From NCBI RefSeq assembly GCF_036321535.1, contig NC_087437.1:60018001-60082000 (forward strand): a DNA stretch of 64,000 nucleotides, given 5' to 3'. Position 1 is the stretch's first letter; every line of letters starts with the position of its first letter. Source of the stretch: Camelus dromedarius (taxonomy: Eukaryota). The position numbers were made by a program, and so were the translations under genes. The notes beneath the pieces are model-generated. The model made no database searches. It worked only from the letters and a program-made list of their open reading frames with translations, and was not told the DNA's origin. Shown piece after piece: positions 28,126 to 40,629 of this stretch.

Positions 28126-31100
28126 GCATCATTGGAAATTTACATAATAAACAGCTTTAAATAAATAAGACCAAAATTCATAGAATGACACACCTTCTTC
28201 TGAAACTGAAGAAGCTACTATAAAAACAAAATATTCAAGAACAGCCATCAAATTTTTGGAAAAAACAATAACAAGGGAAAACTTTTCCCACCAGATATCA
28301 TAAGGCTATAAATACTGCAACTAATATAAGTATTTGCAGGAAAACAAATACATTGGTAGAAAAGGGTAGAATTCAGAAAAAAATACATGTTCATATGTAT
28401 GCATATTTATGCATGTTATGTGTGGAATTTTAAATCAATGGGGAAACGATAGATTATTCAAAAAAAGGCATTAGGAGAAGGGCTTCCATTAAGAAGAAAA
28501 TAAAATAGGATTATCTCCCACACTCAAAACTAAATTACAGCTGCATTACATGAAACTAAAAATTGCTACAAATAGAAAAATAACCTCTGATAATGGGAAT
28601 AGAAAAACATTTCTAGGCAATACACAGAAGCCAGTTTTCAAATTTCTGTATGATAAAAGACATCATACACAAACAATGCAAATTTAATTAATGCAATTAA
28701 AGCCTGTGGCTTGAGAGAGCAAAAGAGTGGATTCACTTCCAAGTCTGCCATTTGGAAGTCCACTATTAAGAAAATCAAATTAACTTCTCAAAATATCCAG
28801 TTTGAGATTTTTTTTTAAACATTTCAAAAATGAAGACAATAATTCCCACATCATAATACATTTTAACATTAAAAGAGATGGGAGCTGTAAAAGCATCTAA
28901 CATGAGGTCTGGCATGTTAAAAAAGCTTGTTCTTTCTTATTTTAACTTAAGTTGATACAACATTAAATGAGGAATGAGAACCTGCAATGAGGAATAACTG
29001 GATTCGTGTATTTTGGTTCATGATAAAAGTATAATGCCAATCTACCACTTCTGAGATAAAAATACATTTTGCTTCATCCCTTGCCCACTATACTTTCCAT
29101 GTATAAAGTACCAGTTGTAGTACAGAGTGTATCTGTTCTAAAGATGGAAGGTAAAGTAGCAACCCAGACAGGATTGGCATCAGCTTAACAGCAAAACATT
29201 ATATGCATGTGTATGTGTGAATATGTACACATTTTTCGTTCTAATGTCTTTCACACATTGAAACCTTTCACCCTAAAGCATCTTTTTAAGATTTTTATCC
29301 TAGTTACTGAACAAGGATCATATCTGAAATAGAATCTACAAACAAGAAATCTTCAGAATGGTGCAAAATAAACATTGTTAAGAATAAAAAATAAATGTAT
29401 CAGATAAAGACTCAACATTTTTATATTTGAGCAATGAATTAGAGCAAAAATCTACAATTCAAAAAGCACTGATTAATTCAACTTTTTGTTTCAAACAAAA
29501 TGTTCACTTCCTGAGTGAACCATATGTTTACATAAAGGAAAACCACAATTTTTATTAAAATTGTATAAAATTTCAAAGAGCAACTACACATACAATTTAG
29601 GGCCTAAACAAGTTCAAAGTTCTTCATCAAGTGTTGGTCAAAGTGGAAAATTCCCACTTAAAAAAAAGTACACTTAAACACATTTACCTTTCTGTACATT
29701 TTAAATGAACAAGATTTTGACCTTTAGACTGGGTTTTTTTTTAAAACTAAGGGAACCCAAAATTACACAATAAAATGTGCCTTCCCAATCTAAAAACAAA
29801 ACAAAATGTTCAGGGAATGTACAAGTAACCACTGACTTTACTCAAATTACTAAAGACAATGTTGCAACTGCAACATCCTTCTCTCCCTATTTCAACCAGT
29901 CTCCCTCCTGGTTTTCCTCTCAATGTCTCAGGAAAATTAATGGTTAAAGCTTGAACACTGAGCAAGATCTGCCATTTACATTAATTCTACAGCACCCAAG
30001 GCAGTTAAGTCCACAAGACAGACTTAAATGCCACAAGATTCATTTGTGCAGGAAAATAAAAATAGGAACTAGTTCAAAAACAGCACAATAGATCAGGATA
30101 CTACAAGGAATAAACAGTGCAGCTGCCTTGCTACCAAAAAAACAAACCCAGCTCTCACAAATCTTCTCTTTGATAAAATGATTCCATATATCACTTATAA
30201 ACATGCAGGACACTCTTAAAAGTTTCTCTTACACATAAAGCACGTGAATAAAAAGGCTTCTGAAATATTCTTTTCAAATGCTACAGAAATGAACACAGTA
30301 ATGGGATTCTTAAAAAAACTAAAACTTAGTAATGTGAATGACTAGACTTTTATCTCTTGGCATTCTTGTCTCTACTGTAAATCTAATCTAGTCCCCAAAA
30401 TGTATACAAATATTGGAGTTCTCTGAATCTTGGTTTCTCTTTCCAATATGCAGCCAACAGTAACTGGAATATTGGAAACAACTCTTGAAATTAATATCTT
30501 AGTTAATATAGAATAGATACTACATTCAAGTTTAACAAAGCTCCTTATAGTATTCCATACAACTTAATCAGTATCTTTTCCTCTTATTTTATATTCAATG
30601 ATTCCTTTATTTCAAACACAAAGACAGCACATGGTTTGGGATCAACACCAGTGGTTAGAAACATTTCCAAATCACTTCTCTCAAGTTTTTCTTTTTAAAG
30701 AAACTTAAAATCTGAAATAAACTGAGTGCAAAGCAACATTCTCTAAACCAAAAAAAAAAGTGATTACATCATTACCCAGTAATACCTGGGCCACCTTAAT
30801 AAAATTCCAACAAAAAGCAGAATTTCCTAAGGTACGCTTTAAAAATTACTTCCTTTACCACACAGTCCTGGAATTTAACGTGCAAAGCTGTACTAGACAA
30901 TCCATTTGTATATTCTCTGAGTTTATTAAATCATGCACAACATAAAAGTTTAAAAAACTAATACCAATAATAGAAATCAAACCAGGTGCACCTTTTTACA
31001 AGCAAAGCCCTAAGCTCCAAATAAAATTCACACACACACCAGGAAAAAAAAATCAAAGGACGTTCTCCTAGAAGTAGGAATTTCTTGGTTTTACAATAGT

Positions 31101-32366
31101 TTTCTTTGCTTTTCACTGAAAAGAAAATGGCAAATCAAATTAACCAAGATAAGGATGAGGACAGTTAGTCCCCGGGCTGAGAATGCAAGAATTTACAACC
31201 CAGGCTTGGCCTAGAGATCAGCGGGCACACACACATCAATACTCAGGGGACGCTTTCAAGACATGTCACTATCCAACGGAAGTTTTACGGTCTTCTTTTT
31301 TTAAGGCCAAAGGACAGCCCTATAAATGCACTGTAAAATACAACCTGGCAAAACCTCATTCTCCAAAACAATTCAAGAGTTTCCTACGAAGCCCGAAACC
31401 GAAAGAGATGTACTCTGGACACACTCTGAACTGCCGCCTCTCAAGGGAGGGAGGCCAGTCCAAGTGAATCGGAGTGCCTCCATGTCAGTTTATATGACAG
31501 ATCCACTGGGAGCATCCGACTGTTATCGGGGCCCTCCCGGGCCAACGCTGCTGGAAGAGGAACATAAATGCAATCTTCAGGGCCCTCCTACTTCCGTTCA
31601 CAAAACAGAAATGCACAGTTTCTCCTAGCCTTCACCCGTCAGCCCAGTACCTCTCGACAGCGGTGCCTTTCTTCAAAGAGCTTAAGTGCAAAGAAAAGCT
31701 GGTAGCCTCAGACCAGGGTTGATAGAATGCGGTTGGTCAAAGCACTCCCAGCCCCGACTCCCCTGCAAATCAACCGCCAGCGCTTCCTAAGAGTCCCCCT
31801 TGCAGGCGACACGCAAGCAGCACAAGTCAACGTCCCAGTTCGCCCCCTACTCCTTCCTCCCTGGGGTAAGGGGAGCGGAAAAACGCAAAGAGGAACTAAG
31901 TGAACTGCAGGAGTGTGCCCTGCAAGCTCCTTCAAAGAGGAGCTGGGGTGGGGGTGGAAACCAAGAAGGAACGGAAGGAAGGGGAAAGGATGAGCGGCAA
32001 GAGGAAGGGGACGAGAGCGCGCGTCCGCAAAGGGCACGAGCCTTCGGGGACGCGACTGCAACCCAGGTCCTAGAAGCTGAGGGGGTGCGCCCAGCCTCTC
32101 AGCTGCTCCGCCCCGGGCAGAGGAGGACGAAGTGGGATGAGGAGCCTACATCCATCTCCCCCGTCCAACCTCGCCCCTCAGGAAGGGTCGATCGGGGCTG
32201 CAGTGCCCTCGCCGGGTAGGGAGACGCGGCAACGGCCGCCCGCCCCGTCGGAGGGCGCGGACTGCAGGACCCCCAGCGCCTTCTGCGGGCGGGCTTTCAC
32301 GCCCCCACCCCCGGGGGAGGCAGCTCCAGGTGACGCCGGCTGGCGCTGGGAGGCCGCGCGCGTTAC

Positions 32367-32419
32367 CTGAAGCGGGGCGAGTCCTTCAGACACTCCTCGA
32401 AATCCACAGTCATCTTCAT
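32367..32419 (-). CDS. ACAP2: ACAP2 (ArfGAP with coiled-coil, ankyrin repeat and PH domains 2; centaurin-beta2) coding exon 1
   Basis: Minus strand reads GGCAGG ATG AAG ATG ACT GTG GAT TTC GAG GAG TGT CTG AAG GAC TCG CCC CGC TTC AG|GTAACG. This is MKMTVDFEECLKDSPRF(R), the ACAP2 N-terminus: 53 coding nt ending at a canonical phase-2 GT donor inside a CpG island. PPP1R2 is the known neighbour. Confidence 0.96.
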
Positions 32420-32699
32420 CCTGCCTCCGCCTCGCCTCGCAGGCGGCGCTGAAAGAGCCGAGGGAGCCGCGGGAGCGGCCGCACTGGGGACCCAGACGGC
32501 TACGGCGGGCGCACGGCCCCAACTAGAGCTGCGCGGAGCTGCAGAGGGGGCCTCGCCCGCTGGTCATAGTAGCCGCGAAGACGGCGGTAGCAACGACGGC
32601 TAGTCAGGCCCCAGTCCGGCCCCTCTTCCTCCCGCCCCCAGCAGAGCGCCGGCCTCAGGGAAACCGCCCGGGAGTGACAGCCTCGGCCAGCCAGCCACG

Positions 32700-32925
32700 A
32701 ACCCAGCGGCCAATGGGCGGGGCTTCCGGCAGCACCGCCTGTAGGCGCTCGGGCAACGCGCCTGAGCGACAGTAGCTCAAGCCAATGAGCGGAGCGACCG
32801 TGGGAGCCTCCTTGCCACCAGCGTCCCGAGGCCAACCAGGATAGGTGGGCGTCATTAGGTGGGACGCCCCGGTTGCTGTGAGGCCGGCAGCTGAGGCTCC
32901 TTGGGAAGGAAGTCACGTGGCTGCG
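32700..32925. promoter_or_regulatory. TATA-less ACAP2 proximal promoter motifs: 2 CCAAT boxes, GC box, ETS sites, E-box
   Basis: CCAAT at 32710-32714 and 32782-32786, GGGCGGGG at 32715-32722, CTTCCGG at 32723-32729, and GGAAGT overlapping GTCACGTGG at 32908-32920. Confidence 0.65.
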
Positions 32926-35900
32926 CGCCGCGCTTCCCCCGAAGCCCCCGCCTCTTCTCCTGCTTCTCCAGCCCCGCCCTGCTGAGCTGCCAACGCGGAG
33001 GAGCCGCCGCCTGCAGGTCTAAGGAAGGAGAATTGCTTCTTAAGGCAGCTGTGGCAGAAATCTGAAGATGATAAAAGAGTAGAAATTATAAATGGAAGAG
33101 ATAGGCTAAGCCATCGAAGCGTTTAGAGAAACTGAGGCCAGGAGACGACCGAGGATAACTTTAGCAGTAACATCCATGTTTCACTTACTGGTTTCATCAC
33201 TTAATAATTTGGAAATATCTCCTATGCATATATTTTCTTATAACTGGAGACTACTTTCTTAAAGAGCTGGCATTTGGGGTAGTATGGAAAGATCAGAAGG
33301 ATTCAGATAGAATGAGAGGTAGGGCGTTTCAGGTGGAAGGATCTTTCTCAAAACCACAGAAGACATTCCTCCTTACTGACGCCTTTCTGTCAGTAGCCTT
33401 CGCCAGTTCTAAGATGATAGGGTTCTGAAAATCAGGCTCATTTACCCCAACTTGCAACACCTGCCCTCTGATCCACGATTTTTCTAGGAGCCACTGTAAG
33501 ATATTCATCATCTGATCCGCACAATAACCCCACAATCCCATATTTCTGATTCTTAGATGACGTTGATTGTTACTAAAAAAAAGTACCATGGATACATTAT
33601 ATTAAATATATATATTTAAACCCAACCTCAAACGTATAGGCATATCCATAACAATGCACAGGGAGGATGTTCTAACAGCCTAGTGGTTCTGAGTGGAAGT
33701 CCGGAGGCAAACCTCAATTTGCCTCTTACCTTTCTCACTGCAAAGTGAAGATAACACCTCTGATCTGATAGAGTGGTCCTGAGGCTGAATAGATAAGAAC
33801 TCTAAAGACACTTAACACAGTGCCAAATAGTAATCATTCAGTAAATGTTGACAATTATCATAATTGCACCACTTTCTTCTTCAGTACCGTAATCAAATGT
33901 TATGTGTAAGTCTTCTCACTTCCACTGCCTGAAGTCTTATATAAAACCCTTTTGACCATCTGGCTAAGTATGGCTTGATTGCATGCTTTTTTTCATAACC
34001 CCTGGTTATATCTTGATCTCTTTACCACCTTTAGAAATTAACAGCATAATTTTGACACATTTCAAAGAATATCCAAGTGTTACATATCGTTTCTTTGGTT
34101 ATAAACTTGGTTTCTTTTTTTTTAAATTGAGTTGCATATCCCTAGAATGTACACAGCTTCTCTTCGTAACTAGAAACCACTGGCAGATAAATGTTCAGTG
34201 TCCTCAGATATTTCAGCTGGTCAAGGCAATCTCTTCTAGATTTGTAGCTTCTATGTCCAATTTAGAAAGTTGGCCATTTCTACATTTAATTGTATTCCTG
34301 ATGCCTGACAACTAATCTGTATATACAATAACCTACTGTTTCAGTGCTTCAGTACAATATAACATTGTGGAAGACACCTAAAGTGACTTGGAGATTCAAG
34401 TTAAAATTCAACTACATGGCACCATCAATGCAAATAACTAAGCTAGTTATCAAATGAACATCTTTCTGTGGATAGTTAAATTTGTATATACCCAGTTAGT
34501 GATAATAGTCACTACTTTTCTTTTCCCTGAGATAAAGCAAGCATTTTGGGGTGTCAATATTAAGAAATGTCCTAAATTGAGAAATATTAAAAATGAGATA
34601 GGCTAGGAATGCTGAGTCTTAGGATAGAAGAAATACAATATTATTATTCTTATAATAACAAAAACCAAGGCCCCAAGATATACAAACAATTTGCTAAGTG
34701 ATTCAGACCCTATGATACCAGATTTTAACTGCAAACTGCCCATTCTCCCTTTAGAATTCAGCCTTGGCAGCTGTGGCTCTGTCTGCCTGAGAAGCATTTC
34801 CTATTCATCTCCTCCTTAAAATGTAGCTCAAATGCCACCTCTTTCAGGAAGCCTTCTCTGTTTGCTGAAATACAGGCCTCTCTTTTCAACATATAGTGAA
34901 AATTAGTTGCCAGATTCAGTCATTCTACACTCTTAAAGGATATAAATGATCAAAATTTAATCTCTTTCAAATTTCTTCTCCCCACACTTCCTAGTCCCTT
35001 CCTCCAAACCCTCTGGAACCCTGCATACCCATAGCCCTTCCCAGAATGCTTCTGATTTCCTCTGAGAATACTTTTGACTATATACCCTCTTGAGTAGAGG
35101 TTGTTGAGTCTCCCTTCCCTGATCCTTCTGGGCCAAGATATATAGTCAGCAAGAGTGTTAACTCTTGAGAACTTACAATTTACATTCCACCTTCATACAA
35201 GAATATCTTCTTGTTTGAGGTTAGTATCATCTAATTAAACCACTGTCTTTCTTCACTGCTGTTGTCCACTAATTTCCTTGTAACACCCTGCCTTAGCTGG
35301 GCTAATTGTTTTGCAAATTATCTCAAGAAAAGGGAGTTATGATGAGGGTAACCATGGGCAAGTAAGTATTGGAACTAGCAAGCCCAGGAACCCAGGCATC
35401 TCTGGAAACTGGTTTCCCCTCTTAGCAGCTATATCCTCTCTTTCTTGCCTACTCCCCAACTCCCACCAGTTTCCTCTCTGCTCCCTTAGGGGTTCTGTTC
35501 CCCTGTGAACTTGGCTTGCATATAAGCCCTCATTGCTTTTTCCTTCAACAGTTTGGTTGTCAGATGGCTATAGGAGCCAAGCAGATAATGTAGAATGAAG
35601 CTGGCCAGGTGTAAGCATATGGAGTAGGGGAGGCCATGGTGAAGGGGGAAGCATGTGCCCTGCGTACTACTCAGCTTTTGCCATATCAGACCTTTAAATT
35701 TTACAAGAGATGCCAAAATAGCCAGATTTCAGTGTGAAACCTTCCAATTTTCAAACATTGGCAACCCATTCAAAATATCGGCAAACATTTTGCAGGTCAT
35801 AAAAATTAGTTTCAGGGCCACTCTGCAACTTCTGCTATATATTTCTTCACAATTCTTGATGTAGCCTTTCAACCTGTGCTCCTGGAGCTTATCACTTTAA

Positions 35901-36643
35901 TCTGTTTCCCAATTCCCAGATCCCAGGAGAAAATCCGATTTACCCAGCTCATCTTTTCATGACAGGTCACACAGGCAAGCTGATAGAAGGGCAGGATCAC
36001 TCGACTTAATCATTTGTACAGGAATAGGGGTCAGAATGGGGGATGCAGGACAGCTGACGACTAGACAAGGCAACTTCCCTAAAAGAAGGTGTCGATGGCT
36101 AAAAAATACAGCTAGTTAATTCTGACATTTACCTAGGACTTTAGCCTCTGACTCACAGTTCTCCACCCCAACACTCACCCTCATCTAAGGTGATTTCAAC
36201 ATTCACTCATTTTTTCCATTCAATAAGATCCACTGAGTATGTACTCTGGCCAAACCCTATGGCAGGCTCTGTGGTTTACAGGTAAAATAAATAGCATTTC
36301 CCACTTAGAGCTCACACCAGAGAGGGAAACGTGGTAAGTTCTGGGCCAGGAGCATGCACGGGGGCTATTCATACTCTGATGGTCATTTCTTCTAGGGAAA
36401 GAAATAAGGCTTCTCATATCTCTACAGATATGAGGAATCTTGAAAATGTAAGAGCCAAGAGAAGGTGAGGAAAGTCTTTCCAAGGACCTTTAATCACAGA
36501 GAATTATGTAACTAAAGCACAGAGGTAATAGTGACCAGATACCAAGGACCTTGTCTGCCACACTAAGGAATTTGTATCTTAAGGCAGTGGGATGCTACTG
36601 GAAGAATTTAAGCCTAGAAGTAACAAGATCTGATCTGAATTTT

Positions 36644-36796
36644 TTTAATATGTTTTATTTATTTATTTTGGGGGGAGGAGAGGGAGGTAATCAGGTTTCT
36701 TTCTTTCTTTATTTTTAGAGGAGGTACTGGGAATTGAGCCCAGGACCGTGGGCATACTAAGCATATGCTCTACTGCTTGAGCTATACCCTCCACCC
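36644..36796 (-). mobile_element. tRNA-derived SINE, Vic-1-like (camelid)
   Basis: Minus strand has a GGTATAGCTCAAGCAGTAGAGC A-box and a GGCTCAATTCCC B-box-like motif, then a CCTGATTACCTCCC tail and an A-rich end. It is flanked by a near-perfect TSD, CTGAT(C/T)TGAATTTT (36630-36643 / 36797-36810). Confidence 0.85.
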
Positions 36797-38772
36797 CTGA
36801 TTTGAATTTTAAAGGAGAGTGGGGCAAGGGGATGGGGCTATCAGGACTGAGACCAAGCAATTTCAAGGTTTTCAATCAAGACAATTGCAATCAAGAGATG
36901 TTTAGAAAATACAATTAAAAGGATCTGATGGCCGGCTGAATATGAGGGAGGAAATAAAGACTAAACTCCTAGGGTGACATAAGGTTTCAGATTTGGGTGA
37001 CTGGTGGGAAGTAGTGCCATTCACAGAGAGAGAAGAAAGTTTATCTCTTTGTCTCAAAATCTGTCACTCTGGAAGGTCCTTAACTGTTTCCACATTAAAC
37101 ATTGTCTCACCAGGAACATTCCATGCACAAGCTCAACCTTCAGTGTTTCCTGCTGTCTCACACACATACACATTCACCTCACTCCCCCAAACCCTCCCCA
37201 ACCCAGGACTCTATCTTTCAAGCTGCTGGTATCCACCTGTCCTGTCTTCCTCTACCACGTTTTTGTTTGTTTGTTTGTTTTTTACTTTCACCACTTTATT
37301 TGAAAATCCCCATCTTTACAACTCCCCTATACCTCTCCTGAGGTCATTCTTTGGCTATTTCGCACACCCAGCACTGGATCAGTCCAAAGATTTCCTTCGT
37401 GATGCTTCCTCCTAGTTGTTGAGCCATACTGGAGACAACTGATACCTTAAAGCAATAGGAGCTGTTGGAAAAGTTGAAGGAGGGGAGTGTGATGTGGTCA
37501 GATTTGTATTTTAAAGGGGGCTGGGTAGACAAGAGTTGAAGGCTTTTAAAGCTGAGACTGTCTCACTGCATTCAGCAGTCTAAGACCTGGACACTACCTG
37601 CTTAGGATTTGCAACTGTCTTTGTGTATTTCTTTGTTGCCAGATCTCTGCTACACTGACACAATGGCGATTCCTAAACTTTGCCACCCAAGCTGTGGACC
37701 ACTCTTTCATGATCTGTAGATAATTTTGCCTCTTCACAAAGAAAATAGGAATCACTAGGTAGGAATACTCTCTCCAGCCCTGCTCTGCATACTCTTCTAC
37801 ACTCCCGTCTTCCTCACTCCTTACCCATCTACCTCAGAGGAAAGTGTATCTCTTCCTTGCACTCCGGAGCTCACCTTTTCCATTCTCCCCTGAGAATGGC
37901 TGTACCAATGATTCCCTCTTTCTCTGCATCCTCACTCTTTCTCTCAACTGACTTTTCTTTTCTCCTTGAGGAAAGAGAGAAATAGAAGGATATACCCTCT
38001 GTATCAGAAAGAATCATCTTTGTTTTAAGAGAAACTATTCAAGTAAGGCAAAAGGAAAGAGTTGATGATAAAATGGGATGTTTTCTCCCAGAATGGGGAT
38101 GGCAGGCTTTCTTTGGACCTTGAGAAGAATTCAGTATCAGAGCCTGTAAAGCCTGGATGCTCCCTCCCCCAATCCTTTCCACACATCTGCTTTGTTCTTT
38201 TGCACACCTGAAGCTCACTTCATCTGACCGTCCAGGCCCAGCTCCCGAGATTAACCAACCAACCAGGGAGAAAGGGTTTTCTCTCTTGACCCCAATTCAA
38301 AATTTCTTAGGGGAAGTATTGGCCCAGCTTGGATGATGGACCCCTTCAAGGGCCAGTTGACCACAGCCAAGGGGACAGCCATGTACAAACAGCTTCCAGA
38401 AGCCTGCCCCTATGCCCATGTGGATGGCGGGGTTGGGGGTTAGTTAGCAAAGAAGGGGGACATGTGAGTTGGATAAATCCCCCTTTGGCCAAGTCTCCTT
38501 ACATTGCTTTCTAGGATTCTTAAGAGCATAGTCACCACATTTTCTCCTCCTATCCATGCCGCTAGCTACTGCATTCTATTCTCCACTCCCTACTCACCTC
38601 CATGAACTATTTTCAGTAAGGTTACTTTCTGATTGCCAAGCCAAAGGATACTTTCCAGTACTTACTTTTCATGACATCTCTTCAGCACTTGACATTGTTG
38701 AGAATGCTTTTCACCTTCAACTCATAGCACTCTCCTTCTTAAAACTCTTCAATGGTTTATCAGCACCTAAAG

Positions 38773-38997
38773 CTATGGTTTTTAAACTTTCCTTAATCAT
38801 GGGATCCTTTGTTTAAAAGAAAAAGCCTTTCACCAGTGCCCACTATTAAATGGATAAAAGTAGAGCTGGTGTGGTTGAATCAGGGGTGGGAGACCCAGAC
38901 CCCTGCTGACCTGGCCTGATTCCCCATTCCCAGATGACCCACTGGTGGACCTCAAGGGGTACTCACAGCTCCACTGAATAAAATTTGAAAACCACAG
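38773..38997. mobile_element. hAT-Charlie-type MITE
   Basis: Imperfect terminal inverted repeats CTATGGTTTTTAAA / TTTGAAAACCACAG. Confidence 0.5.
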
Positions 38998-40243
38998 ATC
39001 TGTAGAATCAACTTGAAATATCCTTGATTTCATAAATAAGATCCCTTCAACCTGCCAATGTTGCCTACCTTCTTTGCTGCCAATCTCTCTACTCCAGACA
39101 GGCCCAGCCACCCACGAAGGAATTCTTTCAGCTGCCTCAGTGCACTTTTTTCCTTTGGCCCCACCTTGGTACATGATGTTTCCTCTGCCTGAGTGGGCCT
39201 CCTCCCTTTGTGTGCCTGGTGAGCTCCAATTCATTATTAAAAGTTGGCTTCAATGGAATCTCCTCAGGGACTTCCCCGTCACATGACAGGTCTTCTCCTT
39301 TGTGCTCCAGTTGTTTTGCCACCTCCTGTGCAGGACTCCATTAGAACAGACTTCAGTTCAGTATTATAATTTGAGATTTGTATGCTTATGTTCTCTTCAG
39401 ACCTGGAGCCTCTAAGTGGTGACATTATGGTCTTTTCATATTTGTAGCTCTAGAACCTAGCCCAGTGCCTGGCACTTACTAAGTGTCTGATAAACGTTGG
39501 ATAAATGGATGTATTTCTCTCCCAAAATGATCTTTTCCTTATTCACATCCCCATGGTTACTTGTACACATGTATATGTTTCCCCACCAGGTTATGATAGG
39601 GTGATTGTGAGAATTAAATAAGGTGTACAGAAAAGTGCCTAACAATGCCTGATTCATTGGTAGTTTTTCTTCTTTGCTGTATAACAGAATCCCCTTTAGA
39701 GTTATTCTGTGTGTGTGTTTTAATGTAAATTTGTGGGCCCTACCTACTAAATCAAATTTTCCAGAGGTGGGGGCCTGGCCATAAGCCCCACGGGTGATTC
39801 TGATATTGAAACTCAATACATGCTACCTAATGTTCACTTTCTAAATCCAGGACCTGACCCCAGTCCTGTTGGGTCTGGACTTCAGGGAGCCCTCCTCTGC
39901 TCTTCTTCCTTCCACCCACTTCCCACCTTCCTGCCTTTATTAATGTAGTAAGAAGATTTACTCTCTGCCCAGCACCAGTTCCCGCAGATCCAAAACACCA
40001 AAGTGTCTTAGCATTTGCTTCCTAACTTCTTGATTTCGCTATGGTCTACCTCTGAGTGCTTTCCTGGAAGTCTTTCTCTCTTGTAACCACCACTTTTAAT
40101 TGATCCTCAGATCCTGTTAACTATTTCCTGTGTAATAGTTCTTGAATTTGTGCCCACCTTCTAAACCTTCATGCTTTGGTTTAGGCCTTCAATATCTCTT
40201 GCCAGAATTATTCCAAATAACATCCTAACTGGCCTCCTTGCTT

Positions 40244-40629
40244 GTGATAAGGCTGAATTGTTTCCTCCCATTTTATATGTTGAAGCCCTAACCCTCAGTA
40301 CCTCAGAATGTGACTGTATTTGGAGATAGGGCCTTTAGGGAGATAATGAAGGTTAAACGGGGTCAAAAGGGTAGGCCCTCATTGAGTATTACTGATGTCC
40401 TTATAGGAAGAGGAAGGGATACCAGGGATGCAGGTGCACAGAGAAAAGGCCACGTGAGGACACAGTGAGAAAGCAGCTGCCTAAAGGCAAGGAGAGAGGC
40501 CTCAGGAGAAACCCACCAACACCTTGATTTTGAACTTCCAGTCTCCAGCACTGTGAGAAAATAACTTTCTGTGGTGTAAGCCACCCAGCCTGTGGTGTTT
40601 TGTCATGGCAGCCCTAGCGAACTGACACA
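40244..40629 (+). mobile_element. MaLR LTR (MLT1B-like)
   Basis: ATATGTTGAAGCCCTAACCCTCAGTACCTCAGAATGTGACTGTATTTGGAGATAGGGCCTTTA...GGCAGCCCTAGCGAACTGACACA. Confidence 0.85.

Larger units (their letters stand above)
1..32366 (-). other. ACAP2: ACAP2 intron 1 (partial; continues beyond the left edge)
   Basis: Starts at the GT donor (32366-32365). I found no exon encoding the expected continuation (AALEEVEGDV...) in 1-32366, and the sequence is dominated by repeats. Confidence 0.8.
31740..33010. promoter_or_regulatory. ACAP2: CpG island covering the ACAP2 promoter, 5' UTR and exon 1
   Basis: Abrupt GC- and CpG-rich stretch in an AT-rich, CpG-depleted window, surrounding the ACAP2 start codon. 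Confidence 0.92.

Noticed and set aside
31708..32916. Several 66-139 aa ORFs on both strands in the CpG island
   Set aside because: Expected in stop-poor GC-rich DNA. None resembles a known protein, and the true ACAP2 exon is a 53-nt frame that the ORF track does not show.
36993..37415. 140-aa plus-strand ORF
   Set aside because: Non-ATG start inside an L2 remnant, low-complexity composition and no recognisable domain or splice context.
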